This document shows positions 8,765-19,157 of a DNA stretch of 32,000 nucleotides, piece by piece. The notes beneath the pieces are model-generated. The model did not search any database and was not told the DNA's origin. It worked only from the letters and a program-made list of their open reading frames with translations. A program made the position numbers and the translations under genes. This DNA comes from Aliivibrio fischeri ES114 (GTDB taxonomy: Bacteria > Pseudomonadota > Gammaproteobacteria > Enterobacterales > Vibrionaceae): assembly GCF_000011805.1 (NCBI RefSeq), contig NC_006840.2; one strand, 5' to 3'. Every line of letters starts with the position of its first letter. Position 1 is the first letter of the stretch.

Positions 8765-10063
8765 ATGAACAACAATAAAAATCGTCTATCTATCGCAGTG
8801 GCACTTGGCCTATTAGGTTCAGTTGCAAGCTCAAACACTATGGCTGCAGGTTTCCAACTTGCAGAATATTCAGCTACAGGTCTAGGCCGTGCTTACGCAG
8901 GTGAAGCAGCGATCGCTGATGGTGCTGACGCACAATGGCGCAACGTTGCAATGCTGACATATTTAGAAGGTACTCAAGTTTCTGTTGGTGGTATCTACGT
9001 AAACCCTAATATTGATGTTGAAGGCCAATCAAGTATGAGCCCAACATCAACTAAATCAGAAGACTTTGCACACGATGCTTTTATTCCAAACTTGTATGTT
9101 TCACACCGTGTGAATCAACAACTAGCCATCGGTTTCGCAGTTGGCACTAACTACGGTATGGAAACAGACTTAGGTACTGACTTTACAGGTACCAACTTTG
9201 GTAATGAAGCTAGTGTTATTACTAAAGAAATTAATGTAAATATGGCTTACCAAATTAACCAACAATTCAGTATTGGTGGTGGCGTTCGTTACGTTATTGC
9301 GGAAGGTAGTTTCGGGGCTGTAGCACCAACACAAACACCAACATTTCATCCATCACTTCCTAAACCAGGTACAACTCTAAAATACATGGAAGGAACAGAC
9401 GAGGCATGGGGATGGCAAGTAGGTACTGCGTGGCAAATCAATGATACAAACCGTATCGGATTTAACTATAAATCAGAAGTAAAACTAGATTTAACAGGCC
9501 ATGCAAATGGTGTTGGTTTTGATCTGTATGCAAAGAACCCAAGTGATAGATACTCAGGTTCAATGGAATTAGCTCTCCCAGCAACAGCTGAACTTGCAAG
9601 CTTTCACCAACTAAATGATAAGCTAGCAATTCACGCAAGCTTTAACTGGACAGACTGGAGCAGCTTTGAAAAATTAGAAGCTAATATCCCATCACTTAAA
9701 GTTGCGACTCAGGAGATTAAGCAAGAAAATTGGGAAGATAACTATCGCTTAGCTGTTGGCGGTACTTACGCTCTTGATCAAAAAGTAACGTTACGTACAG
9801 GTATTGCTTACGATACTTCAGCAGTAAGCGAAGAAAACCGAACGGCAACAATCCCTGAAACTGACCGTTTATGGTTAAGTATGGGTGCAGGCTACGCTTG
9901 GTCTGATAACCTAACTCTAGATGCCGGTTTTACATATATTTTTGCAAAAGATGCAAAAATGCATGAAAAAGATCCAAAATCAGCTCCATTCGGCGGTACA
10001 TTTGAAGGGGAAACAACTGGTAATGTATGGCTAGTTGGTGTTCAAGCGAACTACCGTTTCTAA
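8765..10063 (+). CDS. fadL: Long-chain fatty acid outer membrane transporter, FadL/OmpP1 family (copy 2)
   Basis: Signal peptide MNNNKNRLSIAVALGLLGSVASSNTMA, then AGFQLAEYSATGLGRAYAGEAAIADGAD; homologous along its length to copy 1. ATG at 8765 is preferred over the listed 8741 start. Confidence 0.92.
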   Translation: MNNNKNRLSIAVALGLLGSVASSNTMAAGFQLAEYSATGLGRAYAGEAAIADGADAQWRNVAMLTYLEGTQVSVGGIYVNPNIDVEGQSSMSPTSTKSEDFAHDAFIPNLYVSHRVNQQLAIGFAVGTNYGMETDLGTDFTGTNFGNEASVITKEINVNMAYQINQQFSIGGGVRYVIAEGSFGAVAPTQTPTFHPSLPKPGTTLKYMEGTDEAWGWQVGTAWQINDTNRIGFNYKSEVKLDLTGHANGVGFDLYAKNPSDRYSGSMELALPATAELASFHQLNDKLAIHASFNWTDWSSFEKLEANIPSLKVATQEIKQENWEDNYRLAVGGTYALDQKVTLRTGIAYDTSAVSEENRTATIPETDRLWLSMGAGYAWSDNLTLDAGFTYIFAKDAKMHEKDPKSAPFGGTFEGETTGNVWLVGVQANYRF

Positions 10064-10082
10064 TCTGAAAACCATTTATATT

Positions 10083-10110
10083 AAGGCCTCTAATTTTAGA
10101 GGCCTTTTTT
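10083..10110 (+). terminator. Intrinsic terminator after fadL copy 2
   Basis: AAGGCCTCTA-ATTT-TAGAGGCCTT + T-run: perfect 10-bp stem. Confidence 0.85.
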
Positions 10111-10224
10111 ATTGAACTTTACAACTGAAACACTCAATTCTAAATAAATCAACTTGATAGAAACGACTTTCAAGTTACACTTTTTATATTCATTCTTTAA
10201 GTGTGCAACTCGGAGTATTGATTT

Positions 10225-10830
10225 ATGTCTATACCTCAATCCATAAAACAGCAACCTATGCTGCTGAGCCTCACATCTCTTTATTCTGTGATATTTCTTT
10301 TTTCTGCTTTTGAGCCAATATCTCGAGCGGTATGGTTTGCTGAAATTATTCCTGCATTATTAATTTTAGCTGGCATTCTTTACATGTCGACACGCTTTCA
10401 GTTCAGCAAAACTGCCTTGGTATTTATGTTTATTTGGCTATTTCTTCATACAATTGGCGCTAAATATACTTTTGCCGACGTCCCTTTTGATTGGTTTAAT
10501 AACTTGATTGGGTCTGAGCGAAATAACTTCGATCGAGTCGCACACTTCTCAATTGGTTTTTACGCATACCCTATCGCTGAATATCTCATTAAAACAAAGA
10601 AATGCTCTACTCCTCTTGCGATGGCTTTTGGCTTATTCACATTAATGAGTGTTGCTGCTGGATATGAGATTATTGAATGGTGGTATGCCGCTATTGCAGG
10701 TGGTGATGAAGGGATTGCTTTTTTAGGATCTCAAGGGGATATTTGGGATGCGCAGAAAGATATGTTATGTGATACAACCGGCTCTCTATTTGCTTTATTA
10801 ATCTTATTTTTCCAGCGGAATAATCGCTAG
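10225..10830 (+). CDS. yjdF: DUF2238 (YjdF-like) inner membrane protein
   Basis: 201 aa, hydrophobic, with DVPFDWFNNLIGSERNNFDRVAHFSIGFYAYPIAEYL and GYEIIEWW...GDEGIAFLGSQGDIWDAQKDMLCDTTGS, characteristic of the YjdF/DUF2238 family. Confidence 0.75.
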   Translation: MSIPQSIKQQPMLLSLTSLYSVIFLFSAFEPISRAVWFAEIIPALLILAGILYMSTRFQFSKTALVFMFIWLFLHTIGAKYTFADVPFDWFNNLIGSERNNFDRVAHFSIGFYAYPIAEYLIKTKKCSTPLAMAFGLFTLMSVAAGYEIIEWWYAAIAGGDEGIAFLGSQGDIWDAQKDMLCDTTGSLFALLILFFQRNNR

Positions 10831-10866
10831 GTTTCAGGTTTCAGGTTTCAGGTTTCAGGTTTCAGG
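10829..10866. repeat. Perfect tandem heptamer array (GTTTCAG), about 5.4 units
   Basis: Direct reading: five uninterrupted GTTTCAG units at 10831-10865 plus flanking partial units, immediately after the yjdF-like stop codon. Confidence 0.97.
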
Positions 10867-10905
10867 AGAATACTGACCGTGAAACCTGAAAGACTATTAC
10901 TGTTT

Positions 10906-11688
10906 TTACTCGTCTATTTCATCTAAATAGTCATCGATATCATCTTCAGCATCTAAATCAACTTCAGGTTCAATCTCAGCTTTAAAGTCTTGACGTTGTA
11001 AATAAACATCTCGTGTTAATACGTAAGGATCTGGTGACGCTTCTAGCATCGGTTCTTGCGAAATCAGCTGTACACGAGATTCCATGCCTTCTAATCCCCA
11101 CTTACCTAAACCTTGCCAGAAGTTAAGATATGACAGCGGCATATATAAACCATCAACAAAATCCCCAGCTTCTCGCAGTGTCCAAGGCCCGTAGCCAGGT
11201 AGCATAAAGTAAGGGCCATTACCTACACCATAATGTCCTAAAGCATCACCAAACGATTTACTGTCTGGTTTCTGTATATCTGCAGCACTAGCAATATCAA
11301 TTAAGCCAACGAGGCCTAATGTTGTATTTAGCCAAAAACGATTAAAGTGAACCATCGCCATATTGCCATTTCCCATGAGTAAATTATTTATCATGCTTGA
11401 TGGCTCATCTAAATTAGCTAAAAAGTTTGCAATCCCATATCGAATTGGGGTTGGCGTGTATTCGACATAACCAATAGACACAGGGCGAACTAGATATGGG
11501 TCTAAATAATCATAATTTAGACCCCACATTACACGGTTAAATCCTTCAAGAGGATCACTTACGTGCGTTTCTTCATATTCCGTATCAATCTGTTGTGTTG
11601 TATCTAACTCTTCTTCTGTTTGTTCTGGTGTTTGTGAGCAAGCACTCACAAAAAGTAGAATACAACAAGAAATCCATACTCTTTTCAC
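10906..11688 (-). CDS. mlaA: Phospholipid-binding lipoprotein MlaA (VacJ)
   Basis: Lipoprotein signal VKRVWISCCILLFVSAC; MlaA motifs DPLEGFNRVMWGLNYDYLDPYLVRPVSIGY, GPYFMLPGYGPWTLREAGDFVDG. GTG at 11688 fits the lipobox; the listed start at 11811 overlaps a terminator hairpin. Confidence 0.92.
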   Translation of the reverse strand: MKRVWISCCILLFVSACSQTPEQTEEELDTTQQIDTEYEETHVSDPLEGFNRVMWGLNYDYLDPYLVRPVSIGYVEYTPTPIRYGIANFLANLDEPSSMINNLLMGNGNMAMVHFNRFWLNTTLGLVGLIDIASAADIQKPDSKSFGDALGHYGVGNGPYFMLPGYGPWTLREAGDFVDGLYMPLSYLNFWQGLGKWGLEGMESRVQLISQEPMLEASPDPYVLTRDVYLQRQDFKAEIEPEVDLDAEDDIDDYLDEIDE

Positions 11689-11790
11689 TACTAAAAACCT
11701 TTGCCAATAAGTAACTGTACCAATCGATATAAATAATTGTTCACTTAGTATGATTGGTATAACTATATGTATTTTATTATTATAGATGAT

Positions 11791-11825
11791 AAAAAACGGG
11801 CAGAAGCGCAACGCCTCTGCCCGTT
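11791..11825 (-). terminator. Intrinsic terminator after the ccm operon
   Basis: The + strand reads AACGGGCAGA-a-GCG-CAA-CGC-c-TCTGCCCGTT flanked by a poly-A run; on the minus strand this is a 10-bp plus 3-bp stem followed by poly-T. Confidence 0.85.
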
Positions 11826-11847
11826 CTAGTATGACACTTGTGATGTA

Positions 11848-13065
11848 TTATTGATATTGCTTATCAATACTTAGTGATACATTTTTACCTAATGTACTTA
11901 CTTCACTTTCACCGTACCAGTCACCTGATTTTGTTGCTACATTGCCATCTTGGTCAATACGAGCGCGAACAATAAAGCTCTCCATATCTGACAATTTACG
12001 CTGTTCTATCATGTTGTTTTCATCTGACATCATGATTTTAAGCGGGAAGCGACTTAATGGTGCTCTTGCTGCTGCAATCGGCATTGGTGAACCATCTGCA
12101 GGGTGAATTGATACAATCACAAATCCCTGCTTTGGTAGTTGCACGTTATTACCCAGATTAATAGTAACAGGAACCTGCTTCTCTAATGTTGCTTCAGGGT
12201 TTAATTTAGATTGTGCACGTTCAATACTACGAACTAACATTTCATAACGAGAATCATCAGGGCCAATCAACATCTGCATTGCTTTCCATGCAGAAATAGC
12301 GCCTTTATAGTCTTGATTCTCAAATGAGTAGAAAGCAAGTAATGATAAAGCACGTAAATTTGTAGAGTCTTCACGTAGAGCTTCACGAAGTAATTGTTTC
12401 GCTTGCTCTGCTTTTGCTTCATTACCACTTAACATTAATGATTGAGCATAACCCAACTTAATCTCAGTATCTTTTGGTTTAAGTGCATAGGCTTTTTTCA
12501 TTGCACCAACTGATGTATCAATGTCACGATTCATCATACCAATACGACCAAGTAGCAACCAACCCATTGCATCATCAGGTTCGTGATACAATTTAGTTCG
12601 CAGCGCTAACGTAATATCTCTGATTTCAGAGTCTGTTAAACCTGCACTTTCTGGATCAAGTAATTGTTGTGATAATTCAGGTAAGCGTGCACTTACTTCT
12701 TGCCACTTTTCTACTTTATCGATATTGCCAAATTTAAAATATAAACCGTAAGAAATAGCGACAAGTACAATTATCGACGGAAGAATAAATAATCTTGCGT
12801 TTAAACTGTCTTGCTGTGCTTTTTCTTTTACTGGAATATCATCAAGCAATGATTGCTTAAGCTCTGTGATTAACTCTTCTTGGTTATTCACAAGACCTTC
12901 AGCATCTTCTTCTTCCAATTCAGCTAAGCGATCTTTATAAAACGCTTTATTTAATTCATCTCGACGAGCTTCATCATCTTGCGCTCTTGCTTTCCATAGC
13001 GGAAGAATAATAAAAAACACGCCAACAAAAATCAGGGCTAAGGTTGAAATCCAAAACAAAGTCAT
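11848..13065 (-). CDS. ccmI: Cytochrome c maturation protein CcmI (TPR-containing)
   Basis: N-terminal membrane segment, RDELNKAFYKDRLAELEEE, TPR region (DEPDDAMGWLLLGRIGMMNRD...); last gene of the ccm cluster. Confidence 0.88.
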   Translation of the reverse strand: MTLFWISTLALIFVGVFFIILPLWKARAQDDEARRDELNKAFYKDRLAELEEEDAEGLVNNQEELITELKQSLLDDIPVKEKAQQDSLNARLFILPSIIVLVAISYGLYFKFGNIDKVEKWQEVSARLPELSQQLLDPESAGLTDSEIRDITLALRTKLYHEPDDAMGWLLLGRIGMMNRDIDTSVGAMKKAYALKPKDTEIKLGYAQSLMLSGNEAKAEQAKQLLREALREDSTNLRALSLLAFYSFENQDYKGAISAWKAMQMLIGPDDSRYEMLVRSIERAQSKLNPEATLEKQVPVTINLGNNVQLPKQGFVIVSIHPADGSPMPIAAARAPLSRFPLKIMMSDENNMIEQRKLSDMESFIVRARIDQDGNVATKSGDWYGESEVSTLGKNVSLSIDKQYQ

Positions 13066-13577
13066 TTGTTTACCTTCCCATTGTCATTATTGTCTTCATT
13101 TAATAAAGCGTTCAAACGTTCTTCATGTTCGTTATCCCACTCTTCAGATTTTGCTTCTTTTTCTGCTGCCGTTTTACGACTGCGAATCACAATAAGACCA
13201 AAACCAAACACTAAGACACTTAATGGACCTAACCATAAAACAAGTGTTCCAGCCGTTAACGGTGGATCATAGGTTACAAAGTTTCCATAACGATCAATCA
13301 TGTATGAAATAATTTCATCATCAGATTTACCTTGTTTAGTCATTTCATACACTTTATGGCGCATGTCTTGAGCCAACTCGGCACTTGAATCTGCAATATT
13401 GTTATTTTGACATTTTGGACAACGTAAAGTCTGACCTAATTCTTTAAATTGCTGCTCTTGTTCTGGCGAATCAAACTCATATAAGTCAATCGTTGCGTAG
13501 CTTACTTGCACTGCAAATAAACTAAATGCAATCACTGCAAAACTGCGAAGACCTAATTTACGTAGGTTTAATTTCAT
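13062..13577 (-). CDS. ccmH: Cytochrome c maturation protein CcmH (CcmL/CycL-type thiol oxidoreductase)
   Basis: LRCPKCQNNNIADSSAELAQDMR (LRCPxCQN motif). Confidence 0.93.
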   Translation of the reverse strand: MKLNLRKLGLRSFAVIAFSLFAVQVSYATIDLYEFDSPEQEQQFKELGQTLRCPKCQNNNIADSSAELAQDMRHKVYEMTKQGKSDDEIISYMIDRYGNFVTYDPPLTAGTLVLWLGPLSVLVFGFGLIVIRSRKTAAEKEAKSEEWDNEHEERLNALLNEDNNDNGKVNK

Positions 13578-14128
13578 TATTTCGCCTCCGCAACAAGTTG
13601 GTCGTACATTGGTTTTAGTGTTTCATTCCAATTACGCTCATTAACATCACCAACATGACGGTAGCGAACAATGCCATTGCTATCAATTAAGAAAGTCTCT
13701 GGAGCACCATACACACCTAGATCCATCCCTAACATACCATCACCATCAAAAAGAGTAATAAGGTACGGATTACCTAGCTCTTTTAGCCATTGCACAGCAC
13801 CTGCACGGTCATCTTTGTAGTTCATACCGATGATTTTTACGCCTTCTGTTGCTAGCGTATTTAAATACTGGTGTTCTGCATAACACGTTGGACACCATGT
13901 AGCCCATACATTTAGCAGTAAAGGCTCGCCTTTAAAGATGCTTTGATCATAAAGCTTTCCTTCTTGAGCAAGATCTTCTAAGCGGAATTCAGGTACTGGT
14001 TTACCTACCAGTACCGATTCAAGTTTAGTTGGATCATCACCATTTGAGTTGCGTGTTAACTGGGTAGCAAACACAGCGACTAAAATTAAAAACAGCGCTA
14101 ATGGTGCAAATAAAAAGTTCTTATTCAT
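13577..14128 (-). CDS. ccmG: Thiol:disulfide interchange protein CcmG/DsbE
   Basis: Thioredoxin-like fold with LLNVWATWCPTCYAEH and GVYGAPETFLID. Confidence 0.94.
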   Translation of the reverse strand: MNKNFLFAPLALFLILVAVFATQLTRNSNGDDPTKLESVLVGKPVPEFRLEDLAQEGKLYDQSIFKGEPLLLNVWATWCPTCYAEHQYLNTLATEGVKIIGMNYKDDRAGAVQWLKELGNPYLITLFDGDGMLGMDLGVYGAPETFLIDSNGIVRYRHVGDVNERNWNETLKPMYDQLVAEAK

Positions 14129-14131
14129 AAA

Positions 14132-16090
14132 TTAAGCTTCCTGTTTTTTAGCATTTTTACGGAAACGATAGCGTTTATCAGACATAGCTAATGCACCACC
14201 AAATGCCATAAACAATGAACCAGCCCAGATCCAACGAACGAATGGTTTGTAGTAAATACGTACAGCCCATGAACGGTTGTCATCTAAACGCTCACCCATT
14301 GCGATGTATAAGTCACGAGTAAAACCACGATCAATCGCTGCTTCTGTCATCATAGAACCTGCAGTTTCATAAAAACGTTTTTCAGCGTGCAATGTATTAA
14401 TCGCTTTACCATCTAATGTAATATCAAAATCAGCGGTATAACCATCATAGTTAGGACCATCTGTATCTCTAACACCTGCGAAATAGAACTGGTAGCCATT
14501 CATTTCAATGTGTTCACCTGGCGCTAAACGTACATCTTTTTCAATACTGTAGTTTTGCACCATAGCAATACCGATAATCGTAACGGCAAGACCAATATGA
14601 GCAAAAATCATAGCCCAGTGACTGCGTCCTAGCTTAGTAATACCCACAGAGAATGAGTGACGGTGCGTAGCACGTTCATACAACTCAAATCCATGTAAAA
14701 TCACAATCCAAATCGCCATCATCCAGCCTAAATACGGCATGAATTGGAATTTATCAGCAAACATCACCATCATTAACGCAGCAAGCGGTACAGTTATCGC
14801 ACCAGAAATCACAAGACGTTTTGATAGGTTGCTTAGTTTGTCTTTCTTCCAACGAATTAGTGGACCAATACCCAGTAGGAAAGCAAATGGGATCATCAAC
14901 CATGCAAATAGCATGTCGAAGAATGGAGCACCAATTGAAACAGAGCCTAAGCCTAGTTGCTTATGAACCAGTGGTAATAAAGTACCAACAAGTACCACAA
15001 CTAATGCTGTAACTAATAAAATGTTATTTGCTAATAACGCATTCTCACGAGAGAACAGAGAGAAGTTACCTCGAACACGAACTGATGCACCTTTTAAGGC
15101 AAACAGTAATAGTGAACCACCAATAACCATCACCAAGAAACCGAGGATAAACATGCCTCGAGAAGGATCTGATGCAAAGGCGTGAACTGATACTAAAATA
15201 CCAGAACGAACTAAGAATGTGCCTAATAAGCTTAATGAGAACGCTGAAATCGCCAGTAATACGGTCCATGCTTTAAACGTACCACGCTTTTCTGTTACTG
15301 CTAATGAGTGCATTAATGCAGTACCAACAAGCCAAGGCATAAATGATGCGTTTTCTACTGGATCCCAGAACCACCAGCCACCCCAGCCAAGTTCATAGTA
15401 CGCCCACCAAGAACCTAGAGAGATACCTACCGTTAGGAATGACCATGCAGCGATAGTCCAAGGACGAGACCAACGAGCCCAAGCCGTATCTAAACGCCCT
15501 GTCATTAATGAAGCAATTGCAAAAGAGAATGCAACAGAGAAACCAACATAACCCATGTAAAGCATTGGAGGGTGAATAATTAAACCTGGATCTTGAAGCA
15601 GCGGGTTTAAGTCACGACCATCAATTGGGAAATAAGGCAGAGTACGTAAGAATGGGTTAGAGGTTAAAATAATAAACAGTAAGAAACCAACGGTGATCCA
15701 CCCCATTACTGCTAATACACGCGCAACAGATTCTTGTGGCATACCACGGCTGAATGTCGCTACAGCAACAGTCCAACCAGCTTGGATTAATACCCAAAGT
15801 AATAGTGAACCTTCATGCGCACCCCAAACCGCGGTTAAACGATAGTACCAAGGTAATAAGCTGTTTGAGTTACTTGCTACATACTGAAGAGTGAAATCAT
15901 TAACGTAGAAAGCCCACATTAAAATTCCAAATGATAAACTTAGAAGTAAAAACATCCCCCAAGCTAATGGTCTTGCACTCTGCATTAATGCTTTATTACC
16001 ACGGCTTGCGCCATACATAGGTAATATGCTCAAAAGGACGGCAAGCCCTAATGAAGCAATCATTGCAAAGTGACCAAGTTCTGCGATCAT
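14132..16090 (-). CDS. ccmF: Heme lyase CcmF
   Basis: 652 aa polytopic protein with the WWD domain ([38 protein letters not shown]). Confidence 0.96.
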   Translation of the reverse strand: MIAELGHFAMIASLGLAVLLSILPMYGASRGNKALMQSARPLAWGMFLLLSLSFGILMWAFYVNDFTLQYVASNSNSLLPWYYRLTAVWGAHEGSLLLWVLIQAGWTVAVATFSRGMPQESVARVLAVMGWITVGFLLFIILTSNPFLRTLPYFPIDGRDLNPLLQDPGLIIHPPMLYMGYVGFSVAFSFAIASLMTGRLDTAWARWSRPWTIAAWSFLTVGISLGSWWAYYELGWGGWWFWDPVENASFMPWLVGTALMHSLAVTEKRGTFKAWTVLLAISAFSLSLLGTFLVRSGILVSVHAFASDPSRGMFILGFLVMVIGGSLLLFALKGASVRVRGNFSLFSRENALLANNILLVTALVVVLVGTLLPLVHKQLGLGSVSIGAPFFDMLFAWLMIPFAFLLGIGPLIRWKKDKLSNLSKRLVISGAITVPLAALMMVMFADKFQFMPYLGWMMAIWIVILHGFELYERATHRHSFSVGITKLGRSHWAMIFAHIGLAVTIIGIAMVQNYSIEKDVRLAPGEHIEMNGYQFYFAGVRDTDGPNYDGYTADFDITLDGKAINTLHAEKRFYETAGSMMTEAAIDRGFTRDLYIAMGERLDDNRSWAVRIYYKPFVRWIWAGSLFMAFGGALAMSDKRYRFRKNAKKQEA

Positions 16091-16572
16091 TGACCCGTTC
16101 CTTGTTTTTGTTGTTCAGTATACTGAAGCGGTTCATGTGTCTTTTTCATCGCTTCTGCAACTTCTGGTGGCATGTATTCTTCATCGTGTTTTGCTAACAC
16201 TTCGTGAGCTTTAATTGTTGTTGCATCAACTAGAACACCTTGAGCAACAATACCTTGGCCTTCACGGAATAAATCAGGAAGAATCCCATCATAAATTACG
16301 GTCACTTGAGGGCCTACATCGGCAACCTTAAATGACACTTCAAGAGAATTATTATCACGTACAACAGAACCGGCTACAACCATCCCACCAATGCGTAGAC
16401 GTTGTCCAACCTCAGGTTTTGTACCGTCTGGTTTACCGTTAACTAATTCCGTTGGGGTATAAAACAAGTCCATGTTTTGATTTAATGCATACAACATTAA
16501 TCCCACTGTTGCACTGATCCCTACAAATAGAGCAAGGATCAATCCTAGGCGCTTTTTACGTCTCGGATTCAT
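16087..16572 (-). CDS. ccmE: Heme chaperone CcmE
   Basis: Single membrane anchor, OB-fold region, and the heme-binding HxxxY motif [13 protein letters not shown]. Confidence 0.95.
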   Translation of the reverse strand: MNPRRKKRLGLILALFVGISATVGLMLYALNQNMDLFYTPTELVNGKPDGTKPEVGQRLRIGGMVVAGSVVRDNNSLEVSFKVADVGPQVTVIYDGILPDLFREGQGIVAQGVLVDATTIKAHEVLAKHDEEYMPPEVAEAMKKTHEPLQYTEQQKQGTGQ

Positions 16573-16775
16573 AGTGTATTCTCCATAGTTTTTGCTTTTT
16601 TAATTCGTTCTTCTCGTGCCATTTTTTGCTCAATCTCTTTTAGCAATTGACGACGTTTGCCTAAGCTAGAAAATAGAATCCAAAATAATGAAAGAAAAGT
16701 GGCACCAAATGCGCCCCACACATAAGTGGCATACCCACCCATGGCTAAAAAATCACTGAATGTATCAAAATGCAT
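16569..16775 (-). CDS. ccmD: Heme exporter protein CcmD
   Basis: 68 aa with one transmembrane segment ([26 protein letters not shown]), positioned between ccmC and ccmE. Confidence 0.9.
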   Translation of the reverse strand: MHFDTFSDFLAMGGYATYVWGAFGATFLSLFWILFSSLGKRRQLLKEIEQKMAREERIKKAKTMENTL

Positions 16776-16798
16776 GACAATAATTCCTATTTCTTACA

Positions 16799-17551
16799 TT
16801 ACTTAGACTCGGTAGATTTAGTCTCTACCAATGCTCTAACCCAAGGTCTGTGGCTCTCTTTTGCTAAAATTTCATTTCTAAAGCGAATAAGAGTCACAGA
16901 AGCGAAGAAAGTTGCAAAGCCAAGTATATTTAATAGCAATGGCCACAACATATCTGCTGAAATTGAAGGTTTATCAAACTTTGTGATGGTTGCGCCTTGA
17001 TGAAGCGTGTTCCACCATTCAACAGAGAAGTGAATAATTGGTAGATTAATCACACCAACAATCGCAAGAATACCTGCTGCTCGTGCTGCCGTTCTTTGAT
17101 CATCAAATGCGTTATAAAGCGCCATTACACCTAGGTATAAGAATAGAAGGATCAGTTCAGAAGTTAGACGAGCATCCCATACCCACCATGCACCCCACAT
17201 AGGTTTACCCCATACTGCACCAGTTAATAGAGCGATAAAAGTAAACACTGCGCCAATAGGAGCCATTGCAGCAGCAGCCATATCAGACAATTTTAATTGC
17301 CAAACTAGACCAATAAATGCAGCAATAGCCATCGACATATACGCGCCCATAGACAAAATAGCCGAAGGCACATGGATGTAGATGATTCTAAAACTGTCAC
17401 CTTGCTGATAATCAGATGGAGCAAAAGCAAGACCCCAGATGGTTCCTACTGTTAAGCTGATAATAGAAATCACCGCAAACCACGGTAATAGTGTGGTACT
17501 TAGTTGATACGCTTTTTCTGGTTTAGCGTAAGGATGTAGCCATTTCCACAT
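16799..17551 (-). CDS. ccmC: Heme exporter protein CcmC
   Basis: WWD-type motif WGKPMWGAWWVWDARLTSELILLFLYLG; six-TM topology. Confidence 0.95.
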   Translation of the reverse strand: MWKWLHPYAKPEKAYQLSTTLLPWFAVISIISLTVGTIWGLAFAPSDYQQGDSFRIIYIHVPSAILSMGAYMSMAIAAFIGLVWQLKLSDMAAAAMAPIGAVFTFIALLTGAVWGKPMWGAWWVWDARLTSELILLFLYLGVMALYNAFDDQRTAARAAGILAIVGVINLPIIHFSVEWWNTLHQGATITKFDKPSISADMLWPLLLNILGFATFFASVTLIRFRNEILAKESHRPWVRALVETKSTESK

Positions 17552-17594
17552 TGGTTTATCTCACTTACTTTCAAATATAAAAATTATAATTATG

Positions 17595-18263
17595 TTATTG
17601 CACACTGACTCGTAATGCCGAACTAATAGCAAACGGAGTCAATGTTGCAGAGCCCATTAATAAGGCCCCTAAAATCGCTAACTGGCCATTATAAGCCATA
17701 CCTAAACTTGCAGCATCTATTGCTGATGTTGCAAAAATTAAAACGGGAATATACAGAGGAAGGATCAATAAACTTAATAATACCCCTCCTTTTTGTAAAC
17801 CTACGGTTAATGCTACTCCAACACCACCAAGAAAACTCAATGTCGGCGTGCCCAACAATAATGTTAGTACAATCGCTAGCCAAGTATTAAAATCCAAAGA
17901 GAGCAAAATAGCGAGTAATGGACTAATAATAATTAAAGGCAGCCCAGTTAATAGCCAGTGAGCAACCACTTTGGCTAACACTAATACTGAAAGAGGTGTT
18001 GGCATTAACATCATTTGTTCTAGTGAACCATCAGAGAAATCATCTCGGAATAGACGCTCTAATGAAAGTAATGCTGATAATAATGCAGCAACCCAAACAA
18101 TACCTGCTGCAATACGTGCTAACAAATTTGGCTCAGGGCCAATACTTAATGGAAATAGCGTAATAACGATAATAAAGAACCATAATGGATTCAAAATATC
18201 GGCTTTACGACGAAAGGCAATCAAAAGCTCACGTCGAATAACAGTTGTCATTGATGTTAACAT
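17595..18263 (-). CDS. ccmB: Heme exporter permease CcmB
   Basis: 222 aa with RRELLIAFRRKADILNPLWFFIIVITLFPLSIG; operon position directly after ccmA. Confidence 0.94.
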   Translation of the reverse strand: MLTSMTTVIRRELLIAFRRKADILNPLWFFIIVITLFPLSIGPEPNLLARIAAGIVWVAALLSALLSLERLFRDDFSDGSLEQMMLMPTPLSVLVLAKVVAHWLLTGLPLIIISPLLAILLSLDFNTWLAIVLTLLLGTPTLSFLGGVGVALTVGLQKGGVLLSLLILPLYIPVLIFATSAIDAASLGMAYNGQLAILGALLMGSATLTPFAISSALRVSVQ

Positions 18264-18878
18264 TTACTCACCTAACCTAATTTTTTTAAGTTCATTACTA
18301 TCAATGAATAAATCTTGGTGAGTCGTTAATAACACAATTCCACCTTGTTTTGCATGATCCATAAATAACTTTTCGAGCACCTTTACACCTTGCTTATCAA
18401 TCGCAGTTAAAGGCTCATCCAGTATCCATAATTTATGATTACTTAACCAAAGACGCGCTAAAGCAACTCGTCTCTGTTGTCCTGCAGATAATTGTCCAGC
18501 GGCTACATCTTCTCTACCCGCTAACCCAACGCGAGCGAGTGCATCCCATATTGCAGCTTCGTTATAGTTATCATGCATTGATTGATAAAAGGCTAAATTC
18601 TCAAACGCCGTTAGCTCTCGTTTAACACCAGTATGATGTCCAAGAAACAGTAAGTCAGAATGAAACTCTTCACGATTCTGTTTTATTGATTCATTTTTCC
18701 AAAAAATATCGCCTTCATCAGCATATCCTAGCCCAGCAATAATTCGGAGTAAGGTTGTTTTACCCGCACCATTTTGTCCTTCTATCTGAATTAGCTCACC
18801 ATCAGAGATAGTAAAGTTTAAACGCTCAAACAAAACACGTTCATCACGGATACAGGTTACGTTGCGGATTTCTAACAT
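18264..18878 (-). CDS. ccmA: Heme exporter ATP-binding protein CcmA
   Basis: ABC ATPase: Walker [17 protein letters not shown], signature [16 protein letters not shown], Walker [13 protein letters not shown]. Confidence 0.95.
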   Translation of the reverse strand: MLEIRNVTCIRDERVLFERLNFTISDGELIQIEGQNGAGKTTLLRIIAGLGYADEGDIFWKNESIKQNREEFHSDLLFLGHHTGVKRELTAFENLAFYQSMHDNYNEAAIWDALARVGLAGREDVAAGQLSAGQQRRVALARLWLSNHKLWILDEPLTAIDKQGVKVLEKLFMDHAKQGGIVLLTTHQDLFIDSNELKKIRLGE

Positions 18879-19098
18879 AGACTTCTATTTATTGGAAAAT
18901 ATTGAAAGCATTCTAGCACAGCAAAAAATGGGAAACTTAGATATTAAACAAATCTAATTGGATAGATAAGTAAATAAATATGTCTTTTAGTGATAGTTTT
19001 GTAATACCTTGTAATTTGTATGGCTATCATAGAGTTAGTTTACGATTTTACAAATACCACTTTGTAGGTATGAAAGTTATTATCCTCAATTTATGGAT

Positions 19099-19124
19099 AA
19101 AAAAAGCCCCTCAAATGAGGAGCT
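19099..19124 (-). terminator. Intrinsic terminator ending the flagellar/chemotaxis operon
   Basis: Minus strand AGCTCCTC-ATTT-GAGGGGCT followed by a T-run: 8-bp stem with one wobble. Confidence 0.8.
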
Positions 19125-19157
19125 CTTAAATATTAATTTATCAATAGAAGCAGAAGA

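Noticed and set aside
10829-10866. CRISPR-like array
   Set aside because: Units are 7 nt and directly adjacent with no spacers, so this is a simple tandem repeat.
11848-18878. Possible novel system in the ccm block
   Set aside because: Gene order and motifs match a standard ccmABCDEFGHI operon; nothing extra is inserted.
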